DNA of 35,068 nucleotides from an uncultured Elusimicrobiaceae bacterium (GTDB lineage: Bacteria; Elusimicrobiota; Elusimicrobia; Elusimicrobiales; Elusimicrobiaceae): positions 1 through 35,068 of the forward strand of contig CAYPLD010000001.1 in NCBI GenBank assembly GCA_964411485.1. Direction: 5' to 3'. Below, piece after piece: positions 8,062 through 17,733 of this stretch (the first letter of the stretch is position 1; every line of letters begins with the position of its first letter). The position numbers and the translations under genes are program-made. The notes below the pieces were generated by a model. The model saw only the letters and a list, made by a program, of their open reading frames with translations, had not been told where the DNA came from and did no database searches.

Positions 8062-8874
8062 ATGAGAGATAGTAGATTATTGAATATATCAGCATCGTTT
8101 TTTATTGTTTTAAGTATGATACTAATGCTACTCCCACTCGACGGAGCAGTAGGTAGTTTTAGAAACTTATTGTCCTATATATTTATCCCGCAAATAAAAA
8201 GTTCCAACTATACATATGACTACACATCAGGTGTAGCAGTAAGAGTTGAAGAACTTATAAATGCACATCAGGAAAATGAAAGTTTGAAAGAAGAAATGAA
8301 AGAGTTGATGCTAGTAAAAAGTCGAGCAGGTGAAATTTTAAAAGAGAATGCGAGACTATCCGATATTTTGAATATAAAAAATAAACAGGATTGGAAAGGT
8401 GTTTGGGCAAGAGCAACCTATAAAGAACCATCAAGATGGAATACGATTATCATCGATAAAGGTACAAAAGATGGACTCACTATAAACTCTGCCGTTATCG
8501 GAATAAACAAAACAGAAGTTGGTCTTATCGGAAAAATTATCGAAACAAATAAAGATACTTCAAAAGTTTTGTTAATAACAGATAAGGAATTTAATGTCGC
8601 TTGTTCGGTGGGAAAAGGAAATTTGCACGGACTATTAGAAGGTAATGGCGATACAGATTTAGAGATTAAATATGTGCCAATAAATGCTGGAGTTATCGTC
8701 GGTGAAGATGTGTTTACATCAAATTTGAGTGCGGTGTTTAGAGAGGGGATAAAAATCGGGAAAATTTCTGAAGTCGAAAGTGGTGGTGGAGAATTTAAAA
8801 CATTTTTATATCTGAAATTGGAACCACTTGTGAATATAAGCTCATTAAAAGAGGTTTTTGTTTTAACAAAATAA
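8062..8874 (+). CDS. mreC: Rod shape-determining protein MreC
   Basis: N-terminal TM segment, coiled-coil segment (LKEEMKELMLVKSRAGEILKENARLSDIL) and a beta-rich C-terminal domain, upstream of mreD. I prefer ATG 8062 (GAGGA SD at 8051-8055) to the track's 7975 start. A GTG at 8038 is also possible. Confidence 0.8.
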   Translation: MRDSRLLNISASFFIVLSMILMLLPLDGAVGSFRNLLSYIFIPQIKSSNYTYDYTSGVAVRVEELINAHQENESLKEEMKELMLVKSRAGEILKENARLSDILNIKNKQDWKGVWARATYKEPSRWNTIIIDKGTKDGLTINSAVIGINKTEVGLIGKIIETNKDTSKVLLITDKEFNVACSVGKGNLHGLLEGNGDTDLEIKYVPINAGVIVGEDVFTSNLSAVFREGIKIGKISEVESGGGEFKTFLYLKLEPLVNISSLKEVFVLTK

Positions 8875-8878
8875 AATT

Positions 8879-9349
8879 ATGATACATTTATTTAAAATTT
8901 TTATTTTATTTATTTTTATGACCATATTGCATTGGGTTGGAGTATCCTTTATGGGAATATTCAAACCTGACGTTATGTTTTTATTTGCGATGGCACTTGC
9001 AATTACCGCACTGCCGTTGGAAGGGTATATTTTTATATTTTTAAGCGGATTGTTTTTAGATTTTTGGGGAAGTAGTTTGTTTGGTGGATACGCTCTAACA
9101 TTTTGTTTGATAGCATATGCTATTTACTTTTTAAGAGATAGAATGAATTTTGAAAATATTATATCGCAAATAGTTTTGATATTTGTAGCATCAGTATTTG
9201 CGGGGATTGTATATTCGTTTACTAGTTATGTTTTCTCGGGAATATACATATCAGAAACATTTATAGAAGTGTTCAGGAAAGCATTGTTTGATTGTATATT
9301 TGCACCAATAATATTTTTCATCGTTTTTAAGGTTATGCATCAAAAGTAA
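8879..9349 (+). CDS. mreD: Rod shape-determining protein MreD
   Basis: 156-aa polytopic membrane protein in the canonical slot between mreC and PBP2. The call rests on hydrophobicity pattern and position more than on motifs. Confidence 0.7.
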   Translation: MIHLFKIFILFIFMTILHWVGVSFMGIFKPDVMFLFAMALAITALPLEGYIFIFLSGLFLDFWGSSLFGGYALTFCLIAYAIYFLRDRMNFENIISQIVLIFVASVFAGIVYSFTSYVFSGIYISETFIEVFRKALFDCIFAPIIFFIVFKVMHQK

Positions 9350-9379
9350 GAGCAAAAAATTTTTCACGGGATAACGAGT

Positions 9380-11143
9380 ATGGGTTTGGAGAAGAAATAT
9401 TTATTTGGTAAATTAAAATTTTTATGGATGTTGGCTGTTATATTCAGTTTTATAGTGTTTATGAAATTGTTTCATATACAGATAATCAATCATAAGTACT
9501 ATTTGGAAGAAGCAGAGAGTAATAGGACGCATGTTATTTATAAAATCGCACCGCGAGGTAGAATTTTTACAGAAGATAATGTGACGATTGCTTCAAATGG
9601 ACCTGCTTTCAGCTTATATTATCTGCCAAGCACAAGAAAAGATATAAAATATTTGGATAATCTAGCAGATGATATTTCAAAAAAAATAAACAAACCGAAA
9701 GATGAAATTTTCTCTCAATTAAAAACTGCAAATGATACCAAAAGAGCAGTTCTGCTCGGCGATAATTTAAGTCCAAAAAGCATCTACACCTATGCCGAAC
9801 TTAAAGATATAAATCCTAGTATAGAGTTCATAGAAAACACAAAAAGGTTTTATCCTTTTGATAGTTTCGCATCACATTTGATAGGTTTTATCAGTACGAT
9901 AGATAAAAAAGATTGGCAGGATCAATATATCAAAAGCAATTATCGATATGATAATAAAATTGGTAGAAGTGGGATAGAAAATCGGTTTGAAAAATATCTA
10001 AAAGGACGAGATGGTGGAGTTTTTCTAGAAATAGATTCACAAGGTCGAGTAAAGAATATAATGCAGAGTAGAAGTTGGCGACCGGGAGCTGATGTGTATT
10101 TAACTTTGAATTATGAATTACAAAAATCGGCGGAAGATGGTTTGAAAAATTCTATCAGCGGATTAGGTGCGGCGATTGCGATGAATCCACAAACTGGTAA
10201 AATTTTAGCGATAGCATCAGCACCAAGTTATGATTTGAATAAGTTTGTGAGTTATCAAGATGAAAATCCAAGTGGTTATGTAAATACGGGGATAATGGAG
10301 TACAATTTGGCGGTAAAAGGTTTGTATCCGCCGGCATCTGTTTTTAAGATTTTGGTATCAATTGCGGCACTTGAAAATAATCTGATAGATTTGGAAGAAG
10401 AAGTTTTATGTAAAGGTGAAGTGTGGCTTGGGAACAGAAAGTTTGGTTGTTGGAAAACTCATGGTAAGATGAATTTTTGGGACGGGTTAAAACATTCTTG
10501 TGATGTTTATTTTTACACATTGGCTCAAAAAATGGGTGCAAGAGTGATAGAAAAATATCAAAATAAATTTCGTCTAAACGAACCGACATATATTGATATG
10601 GAAGGTGAAAAAACTGGAAATGTTTTTGGACCACAAGAACGATTTGATAGAAAAGGGTATTGGTATGCCGGCGATAATTTGAATATGTGTATTGGTCAGG
10701 GGGAACTTTTAATCACGCCGATAAAGATGGCTCAATTTATCAGTGCGGTGGCGAATGGTGGAAAGTTTTGGCGTCCGTATTATGTCGATAAAATTGTAAG
10801 TCAAAATGGCAGAACACTTTTTGAAGAAAAAGAAAAATTGCTTGGTCAGGTAAAGTTAAAGACTGAAACAAAAGATATTATCAATAAAGCATTAAGGAAT
10901 GTAGTTGACGGTGGTACAGGTTGGGCTGTTAATATCAAAGATGTAGAGGTGAGGGGAAAAACTGGTACAGCACAAAATCCACATGGTGAAGATCATGGTT
11001 GGTTTGTCGCTTATGCTAACTTGCCCGGTGAAGAACCTGAAATAGTGGTAGTTGTTTTTGTTCAACATGGAAAAAGTGGAAGTAGCGGAGCAGGTCCAGT
11101 CGCCCGAAAAATTTTGAACGCTTATTTTAAGGAAAAAATATGA
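9380..11143 (+). CDS. mrdA: Penicillin-binding protein 2 (elongasome transpeptidase)
   Basis: N-terminal TM anchor, PBP dimerisation region, then transpeptidase motifs SVFK (SxxK), an SxN-like block (HSCDVYF) and KTGTA. Located upstream of rodA. Confidence 0.9.
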   Translation: MGLEKKYLFGKLKFLWMLAVIFSFIVFMKLFHIQIINHKYYLEEAESNRTHVIYKIAPRGRIFTEDNVTIASNGPAFSLYYLPSTRKDIKYLDNLADDISKKINKPKDEIFSQLKTANDTKRAVLLGDNLSPKSIYTYAELKDINPSIEFIENTKRFYPFDSFASHLIGFISTIDKKDWQDQYIKSNYRYDNKIGRSGIENRFEKYLKGRDGGVFLEIDSQGRVKNIMQSRSWRPGADVYLTLNYELQKSAEDGLKNSISGLGAAIAMNPQTGKILAIASAPSYDLNKFVSYQDENPSGYVNTGIMEYNLAVKGLYPPASVFKILVSIAALENNLIDLEEEVLCKGEVWLGNRKFGCWKTHGKMNFWDGLKHSCDVYFYTLAQKMGARVIEKYQNKFRLNEPTYIDMEGEKTGNVFGPQERFDRKGYWYAGDNLNMCIGQGELLITPIKMAQFISAVANGGKFWRPYYVDKIVSQNGRTLFEEKEKLLGQVKLKTETKDIINKALRNVVDGGTGWAVNIKDVEVRGKTGTAQNPHGEDHGWFVAYANLPGEEPEIVVVVFVQHGKSGSSGAGPVARKILNAYFKEKI

Positions 11144-12477
11144 GCAAATTCGATTTCGGAATAAAAAGAACAACATTAGATATCACACTTTTAGCTGTGT
11201 TCGTATCCTTAATTTTGATTGGTACTTTAGCGATAATGTCAGCATTGTCGGGGATAAGTTTCGCAGAACAAGTATTAAGAACACATTTTGTTGCGATTAT
11301 CGTTGCGGTCGTAGTTTTTATTTTGAGTTGGTCTTTGAATTATCAGATTTTTTCAGAACAATGGAAAATTCTGTACGGAATAATGATACTAACTTTAATT
11401 GCAGTATTAGTTGTTGGTGTCGCAGATAGAGGTTCAAAATCTTGGTTCAGATTACCACTCTTTTCTATACAACCTTCAGAATTGTGTAGAGTTGGTTTGA
11501 TAATTGTGACCGCCGCTTTTTTACATATCAATCATAGAAAAATAGCAGATCCACAAATTATGATTAAAGTTTGTGCGTTAATTTTACCCTTATTCGCACT
11601 TGTTATGTTACAGCCAGATTTTTCATGGGTCGTCATAACATTCCCAACAATTTTCGCGATGTTATACGCATCGGGTGTGAATATGTTTTATTTAATCATA
11701 ATTTGTGGATATGCTTTCATTAGCGGTTTATTCCCGATAATATGGACTTTATTTGGTCTAAAACCGGATTTATTAGATTACAGATTATTTAATTTTTTGG
11801 ATAGTCTATCGAGTTTCAGTTGGAACACTTTTATATTTTGTGCGGGTATAATTTTGTTGGGATATTTAGCGTGGATATTGATTAGGCAATTCAGAATAAT
11901 GATACCAACTTTTTATTTCGCATTAGCGGTGATGGTTGTTTTTGCTGGATTTTTCAGCGGAATGTTTATCGATAAACAAATAAAAAATTATCAACGAAAA
12001 AGAGTTGAGGCATTTTTAGAACCTACTTCAGACCCAAAAGGTGCTGGTTATAATGTTATCCAATCGAAAATCGCAATCGGAAGCGGTGGATTGGTTGGTA
12101 AAGGATTATTTTCTGGGACACAATCAAGATTAGGTTTTGTTCCCGAACGACATACGGATTTTATTTTAGCCGTTATCGGCGAGGAAATGGGTTTTGTGGG
12201 AATGCTGGGTGTATTACTTTTATACCTTATTATGTTATATCGGGTTTACAGCGTTGCGTTGGTTTCTAGTGATATGTTCGGATTTCTGATATGTTGTGGT
12301 GTGTTTAGTATGTTTTTAGTTTATCTGGTGGTGAACTTTGGAATGATAGTCGGACTATTACCTGTGGCTGGGATACCATTGCCGTTGGTGTCTTATGGTG
12401 GATCGAATTTAGTATCAAGTATTTGGGCGTTGGGTTTGGTTGAATCGGTCTATGCTCGACGAATAACGGTGGTTTAA
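11140..12477 (+). CDS. rodA: SEDS-family peptidoglycan polymerase RodA (445 aa, with internal insertion)
   Basis: QPSELCRVG, LQPDFS, NYQRKRVEAFLEPTSDPKGAGYNVIQSKIAIGSGGLVGKG, PERHTDFILAVIGEEMGFVG and GIPLPLVSYGGSNL are SEDS motifs. ATGA overlap with mrdA. Confidence 0.9.
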   Translation: MSKFDFGIKRTTLDITLLAVFVSLILIGTLAIMSALSGISFAEQVLRTHFVAIIVAVVVFILSWSLNYQIFSEQWKILYGIMILTLIAVLVVGVADRGSKSWFRLPLFSIQPSELCRVGLIIVTAAFLHINHRKIADPQIMIKVCALILPLFALVMLQPDFSWVVITFPTIFAMLYASGVNMFYLIIICGYAFISGLFPIIWTLFGLKPDLLDYRLFNFLDSLSSFSWNTFIFCAGIILLGYLAWILIRQFRIMIPTFYFALAVMVVFAGFFSGMFIDKQIKNYQRKRVEAFLEPTSDPKGAGYNVIQSKIAIGSGGLVGKGLFSGTQSRLGFVPERHTDFILAVIGEEMGFVGMLGVLLLYLIMLYRVYSVALVSSDMFGFLICCGVFSMFLVYLVVNFGMIVGLLPVAGIPLPLVSYGGSNLVSSIWALGLVESVYARRITVV

Positions 12478-12479
12478 TT

Positions 12480-13124
12480 ATGGACGAACAAATTTATAAA
12501 TTCAGAATTAGATATGAAAAAAAAGGTGAGATAGAGAAATCTAGTCATCAAGAAATCAGAAATTTGTTCAACGATGTTATCATTGAAAGTGGTTTGAAAT
12601 TTTATGGTTCTAAAAGATCAGATGAAATACCAAGAACAGCATTTGGTAGTGCATTGAGTTTGGGTTATACAAGTGAATGTGAATATACAGACATTTATTT
12701 GTTAGAAAAAATAGATTTGAAAACTTTACAAAAGGAGTTTAAGAAAAAAGATATAAATATTTTATCAATGGAACAAATACCATTCAATTTTCCGTCGATA
12801 GAGAGTTTATGTTCGGTTATAGAATATGAGGTATCTGGAGATTTCAAAAAAGACGAAAAAGGGCTAAAAGAATTTCTGGATAAAAAAGAAATTATAATAA
12901 CAAAAGCAAAAGAGGAGAAAACTATTAAATTTAATGCAAGACCGCAAATAGTTAGTATGGAATTTGTTGGTGATAAGATTTTTATTAAATTAAAAATAGT
13001 AGAAGGTTCAAATGCGAAAGTAGAACAAATATTTTTTAGTTGGTTAGGTGAAGATACAAAATTAAAAATTCTAAAAAAGAATATGTATTGGTTAGCTAGT
13101 GAGGGCGAACTAAAAATTTTATAA
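12480..13124 (+). CDS. DUF2344 / TIGR03936-like protein (radical-SAM-associated family), divergent
   Basis: N-terminal pattern KFRIRYEKKGEIEKSSHQEIRNLF...GSALSLGYTSECEYTDIYL resembles my memory of the family consensus (R.rf.K.G...iSHLDl...F.RA...a.Pl.vG..SeaEy.Di.l). The position directly upstream of an RNase E/G gene also fits. Confidence 0.55.
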   Translation: MDEQIYKFRIRYEKKGEIEKSSHQEIRNLFNDVIIESGLKFYGSKRSDEIPRTAFGSALSLGYTSECEYTDIYLLEKIDLKTLQKEFKKKDINILSMEQIPFNFPSIESLCSVIEYEVSGDFKKDEKGLKEFLDKKEIIITKAKEEKTIKFNARPQIVSMEFVGDKIFIKLKIVEGSNAKVEQIFFSWLGEDTKLKILKKNMYWLASEGELKIL

Positions 13125-13139
13125 ATTTAGGAGAAAAAA

Positions 13140-14591
13140 ATGAATAAAGAAGAAAAAAGACCAAAGATAGAAGTTTTGGTAAACAAAAGTTTTGAAGAAA
13201 CGCGAGCGGCTATTTTAGAGGATAATCGTCTTGTCGAACTTATATGGGAACGACGCGGAGATATGAATATTGTAGGTAATATTTATAAGGCGACAGTCGA
13301 AAATGTATTACCGGGAATTTCCAGTGCGTTTGTGAATATAGGTTATGAAAAAAATGCGTATTTGTATATATCAGATGTATTAAATCCGCATAAAAAACCG
13401 ATTGATACAATCTTAAAGAAAGGTCAAAAGGTTATCGTACAGGTTGTGAAAGATGCGATAGGCACAAAAGGTATGAAAATCACAATGGATATCGCAATGC
13501 CCGGTAGATTTTTAGTTTTGACCCCGTATCAAAAATTTATTGGAGTATCAAAAAATATTGAGGACCATGAAATCAGACAGGCATTAAACGAAACGGTGAA
13601 AGAACTTGCAGAAAAGTATCTTGATGGTATGGGTTGTATAGTCCGAACTGAAGCTGAAGAGTCAGGAAAAGATGAGCTTGAAAAAGAGGTCAAATATTTA
13701 GCAAGACAATGGAAAACCATAATGAGCAAGTTCGAAAAAGCTAAATCACCGACACTGCTTCACGAGGATATGAAAGCTACTATGCAAATATCTCGAGATA
13801 TTTTATCTGAAGATGTAAAAGTCTATTTATTAGATGATAAAGACGATCACGATAAGGTAATGGACTTTGTTTCAAGAATATCTCCAGAGCTGAAAGATAA
13901 AATTAAGTTTTACAAAAGCAAAACTCCGATTTTTGAAGCATTCGGTGTGGAAGAGGAAATTGATAATTTAAGAAAAACGACATTACCTTTACCAAGTGGT
14001 GGAAGTATTGTGATTCAAGAGGCAGAAAGTTTGTGTGCTATCGACGTCAACACTGGAAAGTTCACTGGAAGTAAATCGCAAGAGGAAACTGTGACTCAAA
14101 CCAATATCGAAGCGGCGGAAGAAGTTGCTCATCAGCTTCGTTTGAGAAATATCGGTGGGATAATCGTCATAGATTTTATCGATATGAAAAAAGCGTATAA
14201 CAGGCATAAAGTTGTTGATGCTCTCAATAACGCAGTGAGATATGATAGAGCAAAAATCAGAATTTTGCCGATAACTCGACTTGGTTTGGTCGAGATGACA
14301 AGAGAAAGAAAGAGAGAAAGTACAAGTAGTTTATTGACTCAAGAATGTGATCAATGTGGTGGATCTGGAAGGTTGTTATCCTCGGAAAGTATACGAATAA
14401 AAATTCAACGTGAGATTCATGATTTGACGCAAGGTAAAACTGGTGGTAATTTGAGAATTGTTTTACACCCAGTATTGTGCGAACTGCTAAAAAGAAAACA
14501 GCAATTAATGGAAAATAATGTGAATAGAAAGATGAAAATCCAAGCAGATGCACAAATTTCTTGGGAAAATTATAAGATAATATTGGAATAA
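13140..14591 (+). CDS. rng: Ribonuclease G (RNase E/G family)
   Basis: S1 domain (GNIYKATVENVLPGISSAFVNIGYEKNAYLYISD), catalytic block (GGSIVIQEAESLCAIDVNTG) and GGIIVIDFIDM. 483 aa with no long RNase E scaffold tail. Confidence 0.85.
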   Translation: MNKEEKRPKIEVLVNKSFEETRAAILEDNRLVELIWERRGDMNIVGNIYKATVENVLPGISSAFVNIGYEKNAYLYISDVLNPHKKPIDTILKKGQKVIVQVVKDAIGTKGMKITMDIAMPGRFLVLTPYQKFIGVSKNIEDHEIRQALNETVKELAEKYLDGMGCIVRTEAEESGKDELEKEVKYLARQWKTIMSKFEKAKSPTLLHEDMKATMQISRDILSEDVKVYLLDDKDDHDKVMDFVSRISPELKDKIKFYKSKTPIFEAFGVEEEIDNLRKTTLPLPSGGSIVIQEAESLCAIDVNTGKFTGSKSQEETVTQTNIEAAEEVAHQLRLRNIGGIIVIDFIDMKKAYNRHKVVDALNNAVRYDRAKIRILPITRLGLVEMTRERKRESTSSLLTQECDQCGGSGRLLSSESIRIKIQREIHDLTQGKTGGNLRIVLHPVLCELLKRKQQLMENNVNRKMKIQADAQISWENYKIILE

Positions 14592-14606
14592 TTGTAAAAT
14601 ATAAAT

Positions 14607-16331
14607 ATGAGTAAAATATTAAGACAAATATCTGTTACATTTTTGCTGTTTTTGTTAATCTTTGGATTAGCAAAAACAGCGATGTGTCAAGACATAGCAA
14701 AAAATATAGACATCATGCATAATGGTAAAAACAAAGGTTCTATTGCCGGTATTTTGCGTAATGGCGAACTATTTGTTAATGGGAAAGATATATTTAGTGA
14801 ACTTAAATGTTCTGCTAGATGGTTTGAAGATAGTGGAAAAATGAAAGTGAGTTCAAAATATATAAAAGCCGTGTTGGAAGCGAATAGTAATAGTGTCTAT
14901 ATAAATAAGGAATATATAAATTTGAATAGTAGAGTTTTTAGTAAGAACAGTGTTTTGTATGTTCCGTTTAGTTTTTTTGAACATCCATACGTGCAAGATT
15001 CTTTCAAGAAAGAAATGGAATATAAAAACGGAAAAATCAGTTTACAAAAGTATTATGATATCGACGTAGGATATGTGTCTGGTGGAAAAAAAGAAAATAC
15101 ATCTGTGCTGGAGATAGAAATTAGAAGAGACGTTAATTACAAGGCACAAGTAAAGAATAAAAGGGCTGTAGAAATAGTATTTTATGATGCTAATATCAAA
15201 GCCAAACAAAATTTGCGGATTAATGATAAAAACATATACACATTATATTTTAGTCAACAAAATAAAAATGCATTGCTAAAAATTATACTCAAAAATTCTG
15301 CTAAAGGTTGGGATTTATATCAAAAGGGCGACAAATTGATGTTGAAATTTTCAAGCGGGGGACAGAGCTTGAAAAACATTTTTACTGGAACAGCTTATAG
15401 TTCTTCAAAAGAGTATCAATATGCAAGTGTTAGTGAGGTTGTAGAAAAAGAATACATTTCAAAAAGCAAAGAGGATATCGAACTATTAGAACCTGAAGCA
15501 GAAGAGCTAGATCCCAATGCGTTTTTTGATGAAACTGCTAGTGTCAAGCCAGCAACACCAACTGATCCAACACAAGTGCCGACTAAAACAAAAATAACGG
15601 ATATTATAGATACGTCGGTGGATACTAATGGTAGAAAAATGCGTATTGTTATAGATCCGGGACATGGTGGAAAAGATCCGGGTGCGACAAGACGAAGAAG
15701 TAAAAAAGAAAAAGAAATTAATTTAAGAATATCTAGATATCTTGCAGATTTACTCAAAAAAAATAAAAATTTTGATGTAAAACTCACTCGTTCAAGTGAT
15801 AAATTTATTGCACTTTCAAGACGAGCGGATATTTCCAATAATTATAAAGCAGATTTATTTGTATCGATTCATACGAACGCAGCAAAACGAAGAGGAGCTA
15901 ATGGTTTTGAAGTTTATATTTTATCGACCAAAGCATCAGACAAATTAGCCGAGGAAGTAGCAGAGTTTGAAAACAAAGCGATTGAGTTTGAAGATGATAA
16001 AACACATTATGAGTTTGCTGATGTATTGCTCGCTTCGCTCGCAAGAAATGAATTTCTAAATTCCAGTAGTGATGCGGCGAGTCGGATTAGGAATAGAACG
16101 AAAAAACATAGCAGTTATACGAGGATAAATGTTGATATTAACAATAGTATCAAACAGGCAAATTTCTATGTTTTGCGAGGTGTTAAATCACCGGGGATTT
16201 TGGTAGAGCTTGGTTATTTATCAAACTCAAAAGATAGAAAACAATTGAATAATATTAATATTAGACGACGATTAACGCAAGGCATATACGAAGGAATTGT
16301 CGACTATGCAAAATCAAACGGATTTAATTAA
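14607..16331 (+). CDS. N-acetylmuramoyl-L-alanine amidase (Amidase_3) with N-terminal stalk-like and AMIN-like domains
   Basis: Signal peptide. The N-terminal region resembles a copper-amine-oxidase-N-like domain (NGELFVNGKDIF...SVLYVPFSFF), followed by an AMIN-like beta domain and a Pro/Thr/Glu linker. The C-terminal block RIVIDPGHGGKDPGA...FVSIHTNA...E.GYLSN is the Amidase_3 signature. Confidence 0.85.
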   Translation: MSKILRQISVTFLLFLLIFGLAKTAMCQDIAKNIDIMHNGKNKGSIAGILRNGELFVNGKDIFSELKCSARWFEDSGKMKVSSKYIKAVLEANSNSVYINKEYINLNSRVFSKNSVLYVPFSFFEHPYVQDSFKKEMEYKNGKISLQKYYDIDVGYVSGGKKENTSVLEIEIRRDVNYKAQVKNKRAVEIVFYDANIKAKQNLRINDKNIYTLYFSQQNKNALLKIILKNSAKGWDLYQKGDKLMLKFSSGGQSLKNIFTGTAYSSSKEYQYASVSEVVEKEYISKSKEDIELLEPEAEELDPNAFFDETASVKPATPTDPTQVPTKTKITDIIDTSVDTNGRKMRIVIDPGHGGKDPGATRRRSKKEKEINLRISRYLADLLKKNKNFDVKLTRSSDKFIALSRRADISNNYKADLFVSIHTNAAKRRGANGFEVYILSTKASDKLAEEVAEFENKAIEFEDDKTHYEFADVLLASLARNEFLNSSSDAASRIRNRTKKHSSYTRINVDINNSIKQANFYVLRGVKSPGILVELGYLSNSKDRKQLNNINIRRRLTQGIYEGIVDYAKSNGFN

Positions 16332-17033
16332 ATGAAAGGATATTTGATTAACACGCCAGCACTAAATGTGCATGAACATATGGCGGTAGATGAAATTTTG
16401 AAAGATAAAAAAGATCAAGTTATCTTAAGATTTTTCAATTGGCAATCTAAACCTAGCGTCACTTTTGGATATGCACAATTTTTCAAAGAGGTCTGGGGTA
16501 AAGTTGAGCCAAAAAATATTTTGTTTGAAAATATCACTAGACGACCCACTGGCGGTGGAATAGTCTTTCACACAGATGATTTGACCTTTAGTTTGATTTT
16601 TTCTGCCGAAAATGAGCTTGCGAAACCGAAAGAAATTTATGATAAATTACATAGCAGTATAAAAGCTCATTTTCGGCAGGAAAACTTCAACACAAAAGGC
16701 GAAGTTGACAAAGAAAATTATGTACCATCGTTAAAAAATCAGGCGGGGCAGTGTTTTGAAAATCCAGTATCCAATGACATATTGGACAATCAGGGCAAAA
16801 AGGTTTTAGGTGGAGCTATAAGAAAGTTTGACAATATAATTTTATATCAAGGTTCATTTCAGACAAATAATGCTCGAGATGATGAGCGGATCAAACAGAA
16901 TATTATCAAGGGTATAGAGGATTTTTTTGGTATAGTATTAATGAAAGAAGATATCGAAAACAGTGTGTTAGAACAAGCTAAAGATTTGGCTAATACAAGG
17001 TATAAAACAGAGGATTGGATCAAAAAATTTTAA
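16332..17033 (+). CDS. Lipoate/octanoate-protein ligase family protein (BPL_LplA_LipB domain)
   Basis: RRPTGGGIVFHTDDLTFSLIF matches the LplA RRxSGGGAVyHD block. GKKVLGGAIRKF matches the catalytic-Lys block. The ATG immediately follows the amidase stop codon. Confidence 0.65.
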   Translation: MKGYLINTPALNVHEHMAVDEILKDKKDQVILRFFNWQSKPSVTFGYAQFFKEVWGKVEPKNILFENITRRPTGGGIVFHTDDLTFSLIFSAENELAKPKEIYDKLHSSIKAHFRQENFNTKGEVDKENYVPSLKNQAGQCFENPVSNDILDNQGKKVLGGAIRKFDNIILYQGSFQTNNARDDERIKQNIIKGIEDFFGIVLMKEDIENSVLEQAKDLANTRYKTEDWIKKF

Positions 17034-17049
17034 GAAAAAGGATAATAAA

Positions 17050-17733
17050 ATGATAAAACTTTTACTATCTATATTGCTTATCCCGTTTATATTTTTTGTA
17101 TGTCTTGAAACAGGCAAGATACTCGTACCAGTTATGATGAATTTTGCAGTTAGCAAGTTCTTTTTCGCAGGTGCGATAATTTATTTTTTGATACATTTTT
17201 TCTTATTTAATTTTTCACGATTATATATTTTCGCTCATGAACTTATGCATGCACTTGCGGGCTGGATGTCTGGTGGAAATGTAAAGAACATATCAATAAA
17301 CAGAAACAGCGGTTATGTTACATTGGACAAGGTCAACAGCTTTGTGATGTTGACTCCATATGTAATTCCAGTATATTCTCTGTTAATCACGTTGATATAT
17401 TTTATATTCTCGTTAAAAGCAGATATTTCATATTTTCAGCCGTACTTTTTTGGATTTATAGGTTTCTTTTTAGCTTTTCATCTAGCACATACATTGAAAA
17501 GTTTATTTGAAACAAAGCAAAGCGATTTAGAAAAAGCAGGTGGAATATTTTTTTCATTAGTGATGATAATAATTTTCAATTGTTTCTTCTTTATTTTGAT
17601 TATGAAAATGATATTTCCTGAAAATGTACAGATTATATCATCAATAAAAAGCACATTTTCAGTATCTTGGGATTTTTATGTTAAAGCATACGAATTTAGC
17701 AAGGATTTTATAATAAAGGTTTGGGATAGATGA
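17050..17733 (+). CDS. Polytopic membrane protein with HExxH motif (M50B/DUF3267-like putative zincin)
   Basis: About 6 predicted TM segments. FAHELMHALAGWMSGGNVKNISINRNSGYV resembles the M50B-like HE.GHA....tGG.v..i.l...GsG block. Confidence 0.5.
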   Translation: MIKLLLSILLIPFIFFVCLETGKILVPVMMNFAVSKFFFAGAIIYFLIHFFLFNFSRLYIFAHELMHALAGWMSGGNVKNISINRNSGYVTLDKVNSFVMLTPYVIPVYSLLITLIYFIFSLKADISYFQPYFFGFIGFFLAFHLAHTLKSLFETKQSDLEKAGGIFFSLVMIIIFNCFFFILIMKMIFPENVQIISSIKSTFSVSWDFYVKAYEFSKDFIIKVWDR

